From: Dimorphilus gyrociliatus
Taxonomy: Eukaryota; Animalia; Annelida
NCBI GenBank assembly: GCA_904063045.1
Contig: CAJFCJ010000063.1
Span: 82,378-124,094, forward strand
DNA length: 41,717 bases
Direction of reading: 5' to 3'
A program made the position numbers and the translations under genes. Shown here piece by piece: positions 1 through 11,115 of the stretch. Within the stretch, counting starts at the first letter, position 1, and each line of letters opens with the position of its first letter. The notes beneath the pieces are model-generated. The model worked only from the letters and a program-made list of their open reading frames with translations, did no database searches and was not told where the DNA came from.

Positions 1-997
1 ATAAATATGAATAATGAGGATCATTATCTTTGCAACAAATCATCAATTGGAGCTTTGTCAAAGGGGAAATTTGGTACCTTGATGTACTTTTAAGATTGCC
101 AATGAACCTTTCATTCAAATGTACTCCATTCATGTATTTTTGAAAAAAAATGGACAGCTTAAGCAAGTTCCTTTGCTTTTTTCTTTTCTGTCTTCTAAAA
201 AAAAGAGAGCATATAAACTACTTTTCCAGGTAAGAATTACATTCATAAATATACTTACTAATAAGCAATCATGTTAAATTTTAAGGCTGTGAAGGATTTA
301 GCTGAAAATTGTGCTCCTAAGAAAATAGTCTTAGACTATGAAAAGGCTGTTTGGAAAACTTTACAAAATATATGGCCTGATGCTGTCTTGACTGGATGTT
401 CATTTCACTGGTCTCAGGCAATATTTAGAAAAATTCAGGTTTATTGATTTCTAAAATTTTTAACAATCCAATTAATATTTTTTTTGTTTAAGGAACTTGG
501 TTATAGCAGGGAATTTAGAAAAAAGAGGGAGCTTGGGAATCCATGAGAATGATTATGTCTTTGCCATATTTGCCTCATGGCATGATTGAAAATCAATTCA
601 CTAAAATTCAAAATCAACTGACAAAGAAAATAAACTGTCTGATTTGTTGGACTATGTGTCTAATAGTTGGATAAAAAATACATTTTGGTCTCCAGAGACT
701 TGGTCTGTTTTTGATCAAAGCATAAGGACAAATAATGATCTGGAAGGTTATCATCAAAGGCTCAATAAAATTGTTGGAGAAAATGTTTCTTTTTATTTAG
801 TGATTGATGAGTTAAAGAGGGAAGCAGACATGATAAATCTGTACAAAAAGCTTTTAAGTGAGAGAAAGATAATTAGACTTCAGAGGAAGACTTATAGCCA
901 AATTCAAAAAGATCTTTTCTTAATTTGGGAAAATTTTAAAACAGGTGAAATTAATGCAAACCAGCTTCTGCAGCTTTGCTCAGAATTATATTATTGA
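1..997 (+). pseudogene. MULE transposase C-terminal part with two introns and frameshifts
   Basis: 1-nt deletion just after the first catalytic D (gat gta ctt instead of gat ggt act). Introns follow LLFQ (about 230-286) and RKIQ (about 440-492), and further frameshifts precede ORF 644-997. Confidence 0.85.
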
Positions 998-1251
998 AAA
1001 TAATTGACAATACCTTGATATCAAAAAACTTTACTTGAAAACACTGGTCATTTAATTGTAAAACTTGAAAAAAGTTTGTCTTTCTTTTAAAGTTGTTTAC
1101 AAATAATCAATACACAATTTATATGGTAAACCTAAAGTTGCATATATAAAAAGTTTTCTATTAACTTGTTTTTCAATATAGATTTACATTTAAATGAAAT
1201 TTATTTTTATTTATGTTTTCTTTTAGTTCATGGATATTTAATTTTAGTTTA

Positions 1252-1620
1252 TAGACATTTTCTTTCACTGTATGGACGTTTTCTTTCACTTTATGGACGT
1301 TTTCTTTCACTTTATGGACGTTTTCTTTCACTTTATGGACGTTTTCTTTCACTTTATGGACGTTTTCTTTCACTCCATAAGGAAATATAATTCCTAAAAA
1401 ATTAAGCTAATAGGAAAAGTTAAGTGATTTTTTTTGTGAATATTTCATTTATTAATTATATGTTTAACATATTCTTTTACCAAAGGTTTACTTTTTCAAC
1501 ACATATTTATATTTAAATGAAATTTATTTTAATGGACGTTTTCTTTCAGTTCATGGACGTTTTCTTTCAGTTTATGGACGTTTTCTTTCATGGACGTTTT
1601 CTTTCATGGACGTTTTCTGT
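1252..1620 (+). repeat. Subterminal tandem arrays of E0 (21-bp and 16-bp units, core ATGGACGTTTTCTTTC)
   Basis: Six units at 1252-1377 and five at 1532-1620, read directly from the sequence. Confidence 0.95.
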
Positions 1621-1627
1621 CGACCCC

Positions 1628-1829
1628 CAGGAATTGTAGCTGCCCCAGTCATCAAATGGTACTTTAAAAAGCTATTACCATCAACTTTGGCTCCACTACT
1701 TTTAATTCTCAACATTAATTCATTAATTTTTGAAAGATACTCATCTACTTCCTTGGCTCTGGCTTTGTCATTCTCATAAACCAAAATAACATTCATTGAA
1801 GTAGCATTGTGGGCTGTCGACTGCGCCAT
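1628..1829 (-). pseudogene. Retrotransposon gag-like fragment (Ty1/copia UBN2-like), cut by E0
   Basis: MAQST...KEVDEYLSKINELMLRIKSSGAKVDGNSFLKYHLMTG resembles the copia gag VDEYL..I.EL...L...G.K. motif and lies directly 3' of an LTR-like repeat. Confidence 0.45.
1818..1828 (-). other. Putative primer-binding site TGGCGCAGTCG (tRNA-Ser type)
   Basis: Starts with TGG, 4 nt after the LTR 3' end, and is complementary to the 3' end of an invertebrate tRNA-Ser (..CGACTGCG-CCA) as recalled from the literature. Confidence 0.5.
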
Positions 1830-1832
1830 ATT

Positions 1833-2767
1833 TGTACTTTGTTGTATTGTAATTGTAGGAATTTCTGGTTCGTCACAACTGTAATTGTCCTTTCCAATCA
1901 TTTACCAACTTGCCAAAGTACTGGTCCAAATAGAACCTTTAAAGTTCGTCCACAAATAGTCTAACAAAGGCAATTTCGGTAGAAATTGATTAACAAAACA
2001 CCAGTATTTCGTCCAAAGAATATGTATTGAGTAAAATGAGCTTCTAGTTCTAAACAAGCTAGTTTAAACAACTAGCTGACGGTTAGAAAACTGAACTATC
2101 AACTGTTAATTTCGTAGGGTTTATATACTCTTTTAAGGGTTGATAGTTCACAAATTTCAATGTTCACAAAAACAAAAGTAACATTTGAAGACAAAGAAAA
2201 GTTCTAAATATGGTCATGTTTTTATTGTTTTCCTCTTCTAAATAATAGTTGAATTTCGAAGGTTGGAGAGTTGCATAAGATGTAACAATTTTAGTAGGAC
2301 AAGTCCAACAATCAAGAAAACATGTAGATTGTATATTTGACCGTTTTTATATTCTACCTTAATAATGATATTCAATTGATTGAGTTAGTAAATTTAGCAT
2401 CAGCATATAAGGAGGAAGTATATCTGATTAATGCATGTTAAAAAGAACAGTATTGTGTATACAATACTGTTGAATAGTGAATATAATCTAAACTTAGAAT
2501 TTAAGCATAATTGATAATTAATTGAACTAGTTTTAGTTGGAAATCATAAATTTATGGATTAATAAATTGTAATATTAATGCTAGGTTGCAAATAGCAAAT
2601 ATTCTTTATATAATTTAATAGGTTTTATTGCTGCATAATGTGTATGCACTGCCCTATGCGAAACTAGGTCACTACTGCTTATCTTTATCAGTGCTATCTG
2701 CATAGTACAATACTGGTTCAATACTACTTCTCTATTGTAGAATATAGCTGACGAATGTATGTGTACA
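1833..2767 (-). mobile_element. LTR copy A (935 bp)
   Basis: Reverse complement of 22963-23866 apart from a ~31-bp indel and substitutions. Termini are TGTAC...GTACA (TG..CA), followed by a PBS-like motif and a gag-like ORF. Confidence 0.65.
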
Positions 2768-2789
2768 CTCTGAAAACAAGTTAAAAAGA

Positions 2790-3235
2790 ATGTTTATATT
2801 TGGGTGATTTGCTCAGAGAATGTACATCATTAAAATCCTATAGTCAAAATGGTTTGAAAATTTCAGGTAAAGGTTTTGAGAGAATATGTCATGGTCTAAA
2901 ATCTTCATCAAAATCTCTTGAATTGATCAATTTTTTGTTCTTTAAATATCAAATTAACCAATCACAAGAATATCTATTTGGAAAACTTGCTTTTGAAGTG
3001 CACTGACTTACAGAAAATCTATGTATCTCGTAGTTGTATTGCTATTCTTATAGCTGTTGGTTTGAAATCCTTAATTCATCAGCCATTGATCAATGATGTA
3101 TATTATGGTGATAAATTTTCAGAGTTAAAATTAGCTTTTCGCGTAAAATGTTTTGTGGATTTAGGAAGAATTTGTAACTTTTTCGAATTATCAGCAGAAA
3201 CTCTGACATCAGTATATATATCTACAAACTTTTGA
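2790..3235 (+). pseudogene. RNI-like (NLR-type) leucine-rich repeat fragment, frameshifted
   Basis: LGDLLRECTSLK..GKGFERICHGLKSSSKSLELINF; same repeat family as 18126-20812; split over two frames. Confidence 0.75.
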
Positions 3236-3271
3236 AATTATTTTTCAAGTTTAATTAATCATTAAAGTATT

Positions 3272-3373
3272 TGTACTTTGTTGTATTGTAATTATTGAAA
3301 CTTGTAGTTCATCACAATCCAATTCGTCCTCTCCAAATCATTTAACAATTTGCCAAAGTACTCACACAAATAG
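3272..3373 (-). mobile_element. LTR 3'-end fragment
   Basis: Homologous to 1833-1935 and ends in CAAAGTACA. Confidence 0.6.
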
Positions 3374-3375
3374 AA

Positions 3376-3485
3376 TGATGCTTTGTCATCCAATAGATTA
3401 TCCTATATATCAAAATTTTTCTTCTGGCTCTCAGCATATGTCTTCTTTGATGTCTGTAGATCCTTTTCTCTGATAGTAATTTTTC
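3376..3485 (-). pseudogene. MULE transposase C-terminal remnant
   Basis: Translates to KLLSEKRIYRHQR/KTYAESQKK, matching KLLSERKIIRLQRKTY of E0. Confidence 0.55.
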
Positions 3486-3610
3486 GGGGTCGACAGAAAA
3501 CGTTCACAAATGTGAAATTTGAAGGCTAGGTTTTAGATTGAAATAAGGTTAGAAGGAAGAATACAGCAACTGATTTCTACTTAGGAGGCTCTCCTCTTAG
3601 GATCAGAGCT
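3486..3610 (+). mobile_element. MULE-derived MITE end (truncated)
   Basis: Begins GGGGTCGACAGAAAACG and is homologous to the reverse complement of 24030-24133. Confidence 0.6.
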
Positions 3611-3766
3611 AAAAATGTATAGCTGCATTTACTTCTCACACTGTTTTTAAAAGAGGAACTGGTGATAAAATTTCAAGATCAAGCCTCATTTTAAGAATCT
3701 ACTTTGAAAATTGTTTCAAAGAAAGGAGACAAAGTTTCTTTTAGTTATTCTAATTTTTCCAATTAT

Positions 3767-4705
3767 TTATCTTGCACAAGTTATCTTTTTGAGAAGATTT
3801 GTGTAAAATTTCCTGCTTTGGATTCTTACTGATGGTTTTGTATAACCATGAACAAGTGGATTTATTGTTGAATTTGAAAGAACAATTGCTGATATTGAAT
3901 TTGTAATTATCTGAAGTTTTGGTCCCAATTGAGTGTATCCTTCATTCAATCTATAATAATTAACAATTGACATTACAACTGGCACAGTCCATAAAAGCCA
4001 ATTGAATATTAATAAATAGGTTATGACTCTAATGCTAGTCCCTTCGGTTTCATATTTTTAACATTTGACACATCTGAAATTGCTCTTCTGTGTTTCCTTA
4101 CTGCTCTTAATATTGGTATATAGAAAAATAAACTGGCAGTGGTATTAGGAAGAATAACAATTAGTCCCCAAAAGTATAAATACGAGAATGAAAAGACAGT
4201 ATGAATGTCACATATAAAAGTAACATTTGATTTTAAAACACTGCTATATTTATTCCAGCCCATAACCGGAAGTGAGTTGACAATTATACTGATTAGCCAG
4301 ACAATGGCAAGTAAAACAAAAGCCGTCTTTCTTGTCCATAGTTTATGAAATTTAAAAGGATTTTTGATTGCTATAAATTTTTCAAATATAATGAGCGTTA
4401 CAGTGAATGATGATGCTGCAACAATCAAAAAGACCATTTGACTTGAAATGAGGCAAAGGTAATAGTTTTTTTGACTATTTTCCAAAAGAAAGACACAAGT
4501 GATAGTTATTGAATATAAAATATCAGTAACAGTCAATACAGTCACACCAAAATTTTTCAATTTCCACATGTCTTTAGTAATTATACCAATTAGGATTAAA
4601 TTACTATTTTAAAAACAAACCAACAATTTGATTACAGTACATCAATGATAATATAATAGTTTTAGCATTCAGCATCCTTGATGCTGTAAAGAGTAATAAA
4701 TACAT
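3767..4705 (-). pseudogene. Intronless class A (rhodopsin-like) GPCR with two single-base frameshifts
   Basis: Seven hydrophobic helices are recoverable, with EKF at the DRY position, LPVMGWN after TM4 and NSTINPLVHGY in TM7. There is a +1 A near 4610 and a -1 A near 4058, both in A-runs. The start codon is uncertain (4675 or 4705). Confidence 0.85.
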
Positions 4706-5405
4706 TGGAGATAGACCTAATAAATTATGTACAAGAAAAAAATTAACTTTCTTCAGGTAAAATCTAAAGCTTATTCATATAAAAAAAAGTACCATTAACA
4801 AAATTTATTGTATCCCCAATTAGTAATAGAAATATGCTTGTATATAGGCCCAATTGAACATTTTATGACAACTGTACTATTTCATTAATGAAATGGTGCA
4901 GTAAGTAAATTTTTAATAGTTACCATTAACTTCAATTCTTATTTCAGTGGAGTAGAAACTCTACCCAACTGTCCCCTAACAGCATCATTGGTTAATTATT
5001 TATATGTATTACTTAGAACCTAACGAGATATAAAACTGTCATTGACTATGCATTTATCATAATTAATATCACTGTAAAGCATTTATATTCTTCTCTTTTG
5101 TCTTCCAAAATAGTAAAATCATCAGTATTTTCACTTAAATGCAATTAGACAGTAAAAATTTCATCAGAAATTCACTTAGATGCAAGTTTTAAATTGAAAA
5201 AAGAAATACAGATTTCATGAAAACATTCAATCAGACAGCAACTTTACAGCAATGTTTATTTCAATTGACATTGATAGCATGATAATAAAGGGGGAAAAGT
5301 GGAAAGAAGCCATGAAGAATGTTGGTTGATTAATGTTAATGATGTTTTAAAACCATTCAAAATATCAAATTATCTGTAAAAAGCAATGCTTGTTTCTTAA
5401 AAAAT

Positions 5406-7900
5406 GAATACGACAGAAAACGGCCCCAACAGAAAACGGACCCAACAGAAAACGGCCTCAACTTGAACAGAAAACGGCCCCAACTGGAACAGAAAACGGC
5501 CCCAACTGAGACAGAAAACAGCCACAGGATTCTTCAACCTAAAATATATAAAACAAGAAATGAATTAAATTTTGAAAGTGTGTTTATTTGAAGAGTTGAA
5601 TACATTATGAGACTACAACTTAAAAGATCATGCAATTAAACAACAATTGATTTATTTATTGAGCTACTAAATAAAGTTCAGAACACTTTACTAGAACTTG
5701 TGATGAAGTAATCTCATGCTTTTCAAATCTTTCCCAAATTGAAAATATTTTATTTTGCAGGTTCTTATAAAGCTTTCTTTGGTATCTTAATATCTTCTTT
5801 TCTGATAACATTCTTTGATATGCTGCTATAAGGTCTGCTTCCCTTTTCAATTCATCTATCACAGAATAAAATGAAACATTCACTCCAACATTTCCATTCA
5901 ACCTATTGTGAAATCCCTCAACATCATTATTTGTTCTGATTGCACATTGATAGATAGACCAACATTTTGGTGACCAAACATCATTCAAAATCCAAGTTCT
6001 TTCAAAATAATCAATAAAATCAGCAAGTTTATCAATTGATTTAAGGTAATCCTTAATTTTAATAAACTCTATTGGAATAATGTGAGATGGAAGGAATGGC
6101 AAAGCCATTAGCTGTCTCATTTCAAACCATTGTCCATTTTTTTTGTTGAAGTCTGATGAATAACCAAGCTCCTAAAAAAACAAAATTAAAAATGACTCCA
6201 GTTTGAGTTTTAGGTTGAATAATACCTGAATTTTTCTATAAACTGCTTGATTCTAATGGAATAAGCATCCTGACAGATTTACATTTTCCCAATGATTTAA
6301 TACAGCTTTCCAAACAGCTTTTTCAAAATCCATAACTATCTTTTTTGGTTCCTTATATTGTAGCAGTTGATTAATGCACTTAAAAACAGTGAAATGAATA
6401 TTAAATGCATTTCAGAGAAAATTTCAAGTTGAACTACCTTGAATAACAGATTATATGCTTTTTTCTTTTTTGATGACATGAATGCATATAGAAGAGGAAC
6501 CTGTTTTAATTCACCTTCGTTTTTGAGGAATGAGTGAAATGAAAATAACTGTGTAAATGGGTCCTTAACAATCTTGAAAGTTCCATCTAAGTACCAGACT
6601 TTTGACACTGCAAGTAAGCTAAGTTGTTTTGAAGTGGAAAAAATAATCACTCTTTCATTTTTTTCAAGGACATCTTCCTTTAAGAAATCATCAGGAATGA
6701 AGCAATTATTAATAAGAAAGTTTCTTCCAATAGGTTCATTGGGACGATTTTTTCTTCTATGGTAATTTATCATTTCTTTGCAATTTTCAACTTTTACAAT
6801 ATTTCCCATATTTGCAAAAGGAAGCAGAACATTTTCAGCTATTTGTTTTCCACTAACATTGGTGTCAGTCTTTCCTTTTTGTTTTGCTGTCACTTTCATT
6901 TCAATAATTTGTTTTAAATTTTTTTTGGGGGGGTGAATATGATATTTAGACCCCAAAGAGAAGTTATTATTTCTTTGAACAACACTGGCAGGACATTTCA
7001 TTTTCTTGCTTCTAACTCCACATCTCCAAATTATGGAAGTCTTGTCTTTTCTTTTGACAACAAATGAGTGACCATTAGATACAAGTAATTCTTTGCCTTT
7101 TTGACTTCCTGTAGGGAATATTCTGAATTTACCATTGCTGTCATAGTTCACCTCTGGTATACTTTCAAAGGACTCCTCCATATTGATATCATTCTCATTC
7201 AAATGTAATGTATTTCCATGCAGAGGGCTGCTTTCACTAAGATTATCAACAAGCCTGTACTCTGAATCACAATTCAGTGTTTCAATAAGGGTAACCACTT
7301 CTTCATGATCAACATCCATTATTATATTTTGCACATCTATCTCTTCTCTTGAATGATTTAGATCTATATTTTCAGCATTTGAGACTTTATTGGTAGATTT
7401 ATCTTGTAAAATTTCATCACATTTGCTCAGAATAATTCTGATTCTTTTTTTATCAACACTTGAACATATAGAACATAATCCATCTACAAAAGAAAGAGCT
7501 TAGTTTACATTAAAATCAATTTGGATCTTACCTGATAAACAAGCCCAATGGACTTTATGATGACAAAGTGAACAAACACCTTGCTTCAGCTTATTAATCT
7601 TTTTCTTACATCCAAAACAATATGGTAGCATTGTGGCAAAAATCTCCTTTGAGCTGCTTTAACCTATTGGCAGGAATTTAAAAATAGTGCAAAATATTCA
7701 ACCTCTTAGGAAAAACTGGTGGACAATTTAATATTTTTTCATCCAATATTTACTAACTAATAGAAAAAAATTTTAAATTAACTTATTCTATTCAATTTAT
7801 GAGTATTGTATATTTTGAAATTTTGTGGCTGTTTTCTGTCTCAGTTGGGGCCGTTTTCTGTTGGGTCCGTTTTCTGTTGGGGCCGTTTTCTGTTGATCCC
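5406..7900 (-). mobile_element. Full-length MULE element E1 (2495 bp)
   Basis: Inverted subterminal arrays of AACAGAAAACGGCCCC at 5406-5527 and 7822-7900; ends GAATACGACAG and CTGTTGATCCC; encloses a transposase. Confidence 0.95.
5656..7631 (-). pseudogene. MULE transposase (PHD-like finger, FLYWCH finger, DDE), 4 exons, one in-frame TAG
   Basis: MLPYCFGC..CSLCHHKVHWAC/CSIC; GKELLVSNGHSF..WRC..C..HIH; WYLDGTFK, MDFEKA and RTNNDVEGFH. The three introns splice in frame. GCLFH*NQA carries a TAG at 6253-6255. Confidence 0.9.
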
Positions 7901-8780
7901 TGATACATAGGCTCATATGAAACTTCAATTGTTTATCTCACATTCTACCCTGTTGCACTAACTCTTTATGTTCTCTGATTGAAAAGGAAGTGCCCTATTT
8001 TTTTGAAATATCTTTTCATTGATAATTGAAATTTATTTTAAAGGGGTAAAGATTTTGTTAAAAGTCAACCAAAAACAATTATAGAAATGTACAGTAAGCT
8101 AAATGGCCAGATATTGCTTTGGTAAGAGATGTTTTTATTTCTATAGAAAATCCTTTCTTTTGAGATGATCCATCAGTTTTGAGTACAATTCTTATATCAT
8201 TAACTATTGGTTCTGTATAGACATCCTCCACAGAGTAGTAATGGTGATTAAAAAATCCTTCAAATTTAAAGGAGGGACCTAAAAAATATAAGATAAAAAG
8301 TTAAAAATTCAATGGATATATTTCTTTGTTTTTTTACAGACCATTTGAATTGATAATAGACAATTCATTTCCACATAATTTAGCAGAATTTGAGTTCTGT
8401 GTTATTAAATGAGAATCTTGTTGACAATTTGGTGAATACTCCACACCAAACTTAACAAATCTCTCAAAAAAATACTGAATATAAAGGGAAAAATATAACA
8501 TAGTCAATATTTAACAAAGTGAAGAGAAAACTTGAATTTCTTACCATTTTACATCTTGCATAATGTCTTAATATTAAACTGGTATTTTTTATACTTTGAT
8601 AAGGCTCAAGAGATTTAATAACTATCCTTTCACTCTCACATGACAACTGATAAACTTTATTCTCGTAATCTTTGAATCCAATTGTATACAATTGTATACA
8701 ATTTTCTCTTTTTTATTATCATAATTGGTTTTGGTAATTTTGTTTTTATTTCAATAAAATATGACCTACTGCCTAAAAAT
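7901..8780 (-). pseudogene. Multi-exon CUB-domain gene fragment truncated at the E1 end
   Basis: Spliced exons give FGVEYSPNCQQD..KLCG and IRIVLKTDGSSQKKGFSIEI (CUB signatures). A 10-bp duplication at 8681-8700 shifts the frame. Confidence 0.65.
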
Positions 8781-9009
8781 GGAGAAAAAGAGATTACTGG
8801 AACCACTAACCTTCACATAAGAAAAAGTTTAATTCAACCCTTCTCGATGGCACTTAATAAATTTTGAAGAGTGAAACCTTAATTAACCTTGTACCCAACC
8901 AAATAACTAATTCTGGTGTCAAACTGCATGAGTACACAGATTTTCATATCAAAATTATAAAAAAAACATTATTGCATGATAAAGGAATTTATTCTACTTG
9001 AAGCAAAAC

Positions 9010-9145
9010 AAAAAAATGGATTTCATTCCTGATGATTTCTTAAAAAATGACATTTATGAAAACAGCAATAGAATCCTTAATTTTGTCAAAATTATTTGTT
9101 ATAGATAGAACTTTCAAGATTGTGAAAGATCCACTCACAAAAGAA
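9010..9145 (+). pseudogene. MULE transposase remnant
   Basis: FIPDDFLKNDIYENSNR and IDRTFKIVKDP match E1 FIPDDFLK and LDGTFKIVKDP. Confidence 0.6.
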
Positions 9146-9234
9146 ATTCTTTAAGGGGTATTTCTGTGCTTCCCAATGGTGATTGATTTAAGAATGCTTG
9201 GATCAATGGTAAGTTTGTAAATGAGTTGTTGATA

Positions 9235-9400
9235 GCCTGTTAAAAATGAACATTTTGAAGATTTTTTGGGTAAGATTTTGGGTGGGGAATGGGTTATTAA
9301 AAATATGCGAGCAATTGATTTGTAATTAGGTGGGTCCAAACTAAGGTTAGGAAGAATGAAGTTCTTAAAACTGGATCCAGGGCTGGGTTAGGGTGAAACC
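9235..9400 (+). mobile_element. Decayed internal fragment of the TTAGG-rich MITE family
   Basis: GCAATTGATTTGTAATTAGG and GGGCTGGGTTAGGGT are shared with 3540-3590, 19100-19130 and 21980-22100. Confidence 0.4.
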
Positions 9401-9722
9401 TCAAAACTGTCTGAATTTTTTACACCTCCATTTGCATTTGGTTGTGAATCTGGCAGTATAATTCAACAGATTTTTTGTGAGTTAATGAGAACAAGAATCC
9501 TTACAGTTATATTACATTCTTAATAAATTAAATAGCATATTTATAGAACTACCTGTAAATCTTTGTTTAGGCTTGACACTCTCAATTCTGCATTATTAAT
9601 CCTATTAATAAGACTAAAGAAGTTCTGACTGACTTAGTGTTGTTATTATTGAAAAATGAGTTAATGAAAAGAATTCAATTGAAATTACACTGATAATCCC
9701 CTAATCAGAATACAATCTTGCT

Positions 9723-10908
9723 TTAAATATATGGTAAAGCACCATACTTTTCTAAAAATAATAAATTACAACATTGATTTGTGTTAAAAAATTTCAAGCT
9801 TTTTTTATTTGAAAATATTATTTCAAATGCTGAAAAGTTTGATATAAAACTTTTACTATTCAATTTTCTTGAATTTGATGATTTTTGTATTAATCTTTTA
9901 ACAACTTCGCCAAATGACTGAATATCATCAGAACCTAATTTTGTATCACAGTTACAAAATTTTTTTATTAACAGTATACACTTTTTTTTATTGCCTTCCA
10001 AATCCTTTTTTTTTAAAGAAAAGATTCTTTTTTTAAATAAGAAAAGACTGTAATAAATCTTCACCTGAAATGTTATTGTATCAAATGATATATCCTTATT
10101 ACATGACGATTTGGAATTATGACAAAATATAATTGCTGTTATTAAAGATTTTGCCATAATTAAAATATTTTTATTATTAACTATTTTAGGATCATTTTGA
10201 TTCATAGCAGAAAGTGGTAATGCTTCTCTGTCATATGATAAAAAATGGTAATTCATTTTATTACTGAATTTAAAATCTGTTTTTTTTTACATATTGAGAT
10301 TATTAATGAAGATATATTTTTATTTATTACTTTTTTCAAATTCTTTTTGTTTTGAAGCTGCAATATTTTTAGCTCTGCAGAATTTTTTTAAAAATTTTTA
10401 AGTATATTATTTTAAATTGTAGTAGGCCTTTAGTCTTACCTAAAACTTGCAAGAAAGCTTAAAATATCAGTTAAAGTATATAATAGAGGGTTAACAACTG
10501 AATTTAATGGTAGAAATATAACAACCAGTGCAATGTAAGCTTGACTTGATATAGTCAATGTAAAGAAAACTGAATAGATTCCTTTAAAGCAGAAAAATTT
10601 GTAAAAAATGAATATGAATTTATCATGATAAAACCTAAAATTGAAATTGGTAACCAACAAAAAACATTTGTTATAACAATTAAAAAAGATCTTAGTTTAA
10701 TTTTTTTTTGTAAAGTTTTAAATTTAGATTTTTCAAGTATATTTTTAGATTCCAAAGTTTTCTTCCATATTTTAAAATATAATGCAACAATTATTAGACA
10801 TACTAAACCAACAAAACAACCAAAAAATATAAAAGAAAAGAACCATCCTACTGTTTTAGAACTGGAAATATGTAATGTAAAACACACTGGACTTTTTGAG
10901 TAGTAATC
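9723..10908 (-). CDS. 3' exons of an LGR/relaxin-receptor-like (GRL101-type) GPCR with a long C-terminal extension; 5' part missing
   Basis: VCFTLH, IVITNVFCWLPISILG and FLPLNSVVNPLLYTL are LGR-type TM5-7 motifs. Three short GT-AG introns join these in frame to ORF 9723-10256. Confidence 0.72.
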
Positions 10909-11115
10909 CTAAGGATAGAAATTTAAATTATAACTCTGAAAATTTTTGGGTATTGACAGAAAGCATTTATGTTTAGGGATTTTAAATATTGAATTTTGAA
11001 ATTGTCTTAACTGCTCTATGGAAACTGCAAGATGAAAAGGTGAAAACAATCAATGTTTTCTGTCATAAAACTAAAAATTACTCTATAAAAGAACAATGGA
11101 GATATTGATACTAAA

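Larger units (their letters stand above)
1..1627 (+). mobile_element. Mutator-like (MULE) DNA transposon, 3' half, degenerate (E0)
   Basis: Transposase motifs WYLD..FK, IVLDYEKA, GCSFHWSQA and RTNNDLEGYH. Subterminal tandem repeats end in TTTTCTGTCGACCCC at 1627, matching the GGGATCAACAGAAAA-type end of E1/E2. The left part lies outside the window. Confidence 0.9.

Noticed and set aside
1166-1390. ORFs 1166-1390 (+) and 1173-1373 (-) with repetitive peptides
   Set aside because: By-products of the 21-bp MULE subterminal array (a multiple of 3, no stops).
1252-1620. CRISPR-like appearance of the short repeat arrays (also 5406-5527, 7822-7900)
   Set aside because: Head-to-tail repeats without unique spacers, located at transposon ends in a eukaryotic genome, with no cas genes.
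1572-1901. ORF 1572-1901 as a single protein
   Set aside because: Chimeric: the N-terminus comes from LTR sequence and the C-terminus from the MULE end; only 1628-1829 is considered.
6574-6765. Short antisense ORFs (also 29244-29435, 12506-12790, 10625-10903, 16772-17062, 19501-19689, 20436-20621, 25556-25882, 32182-32397, 35026-35208, 36862-37047, 39141-39543)
   Set aside because: Shadows of recognisable coding sequence on the opposite strand.
5406-7900. Bacterial IS256 or contamination
   Set aside because: The transposases contain spliceosomal introns and are embedded among intron-rich animal genes.
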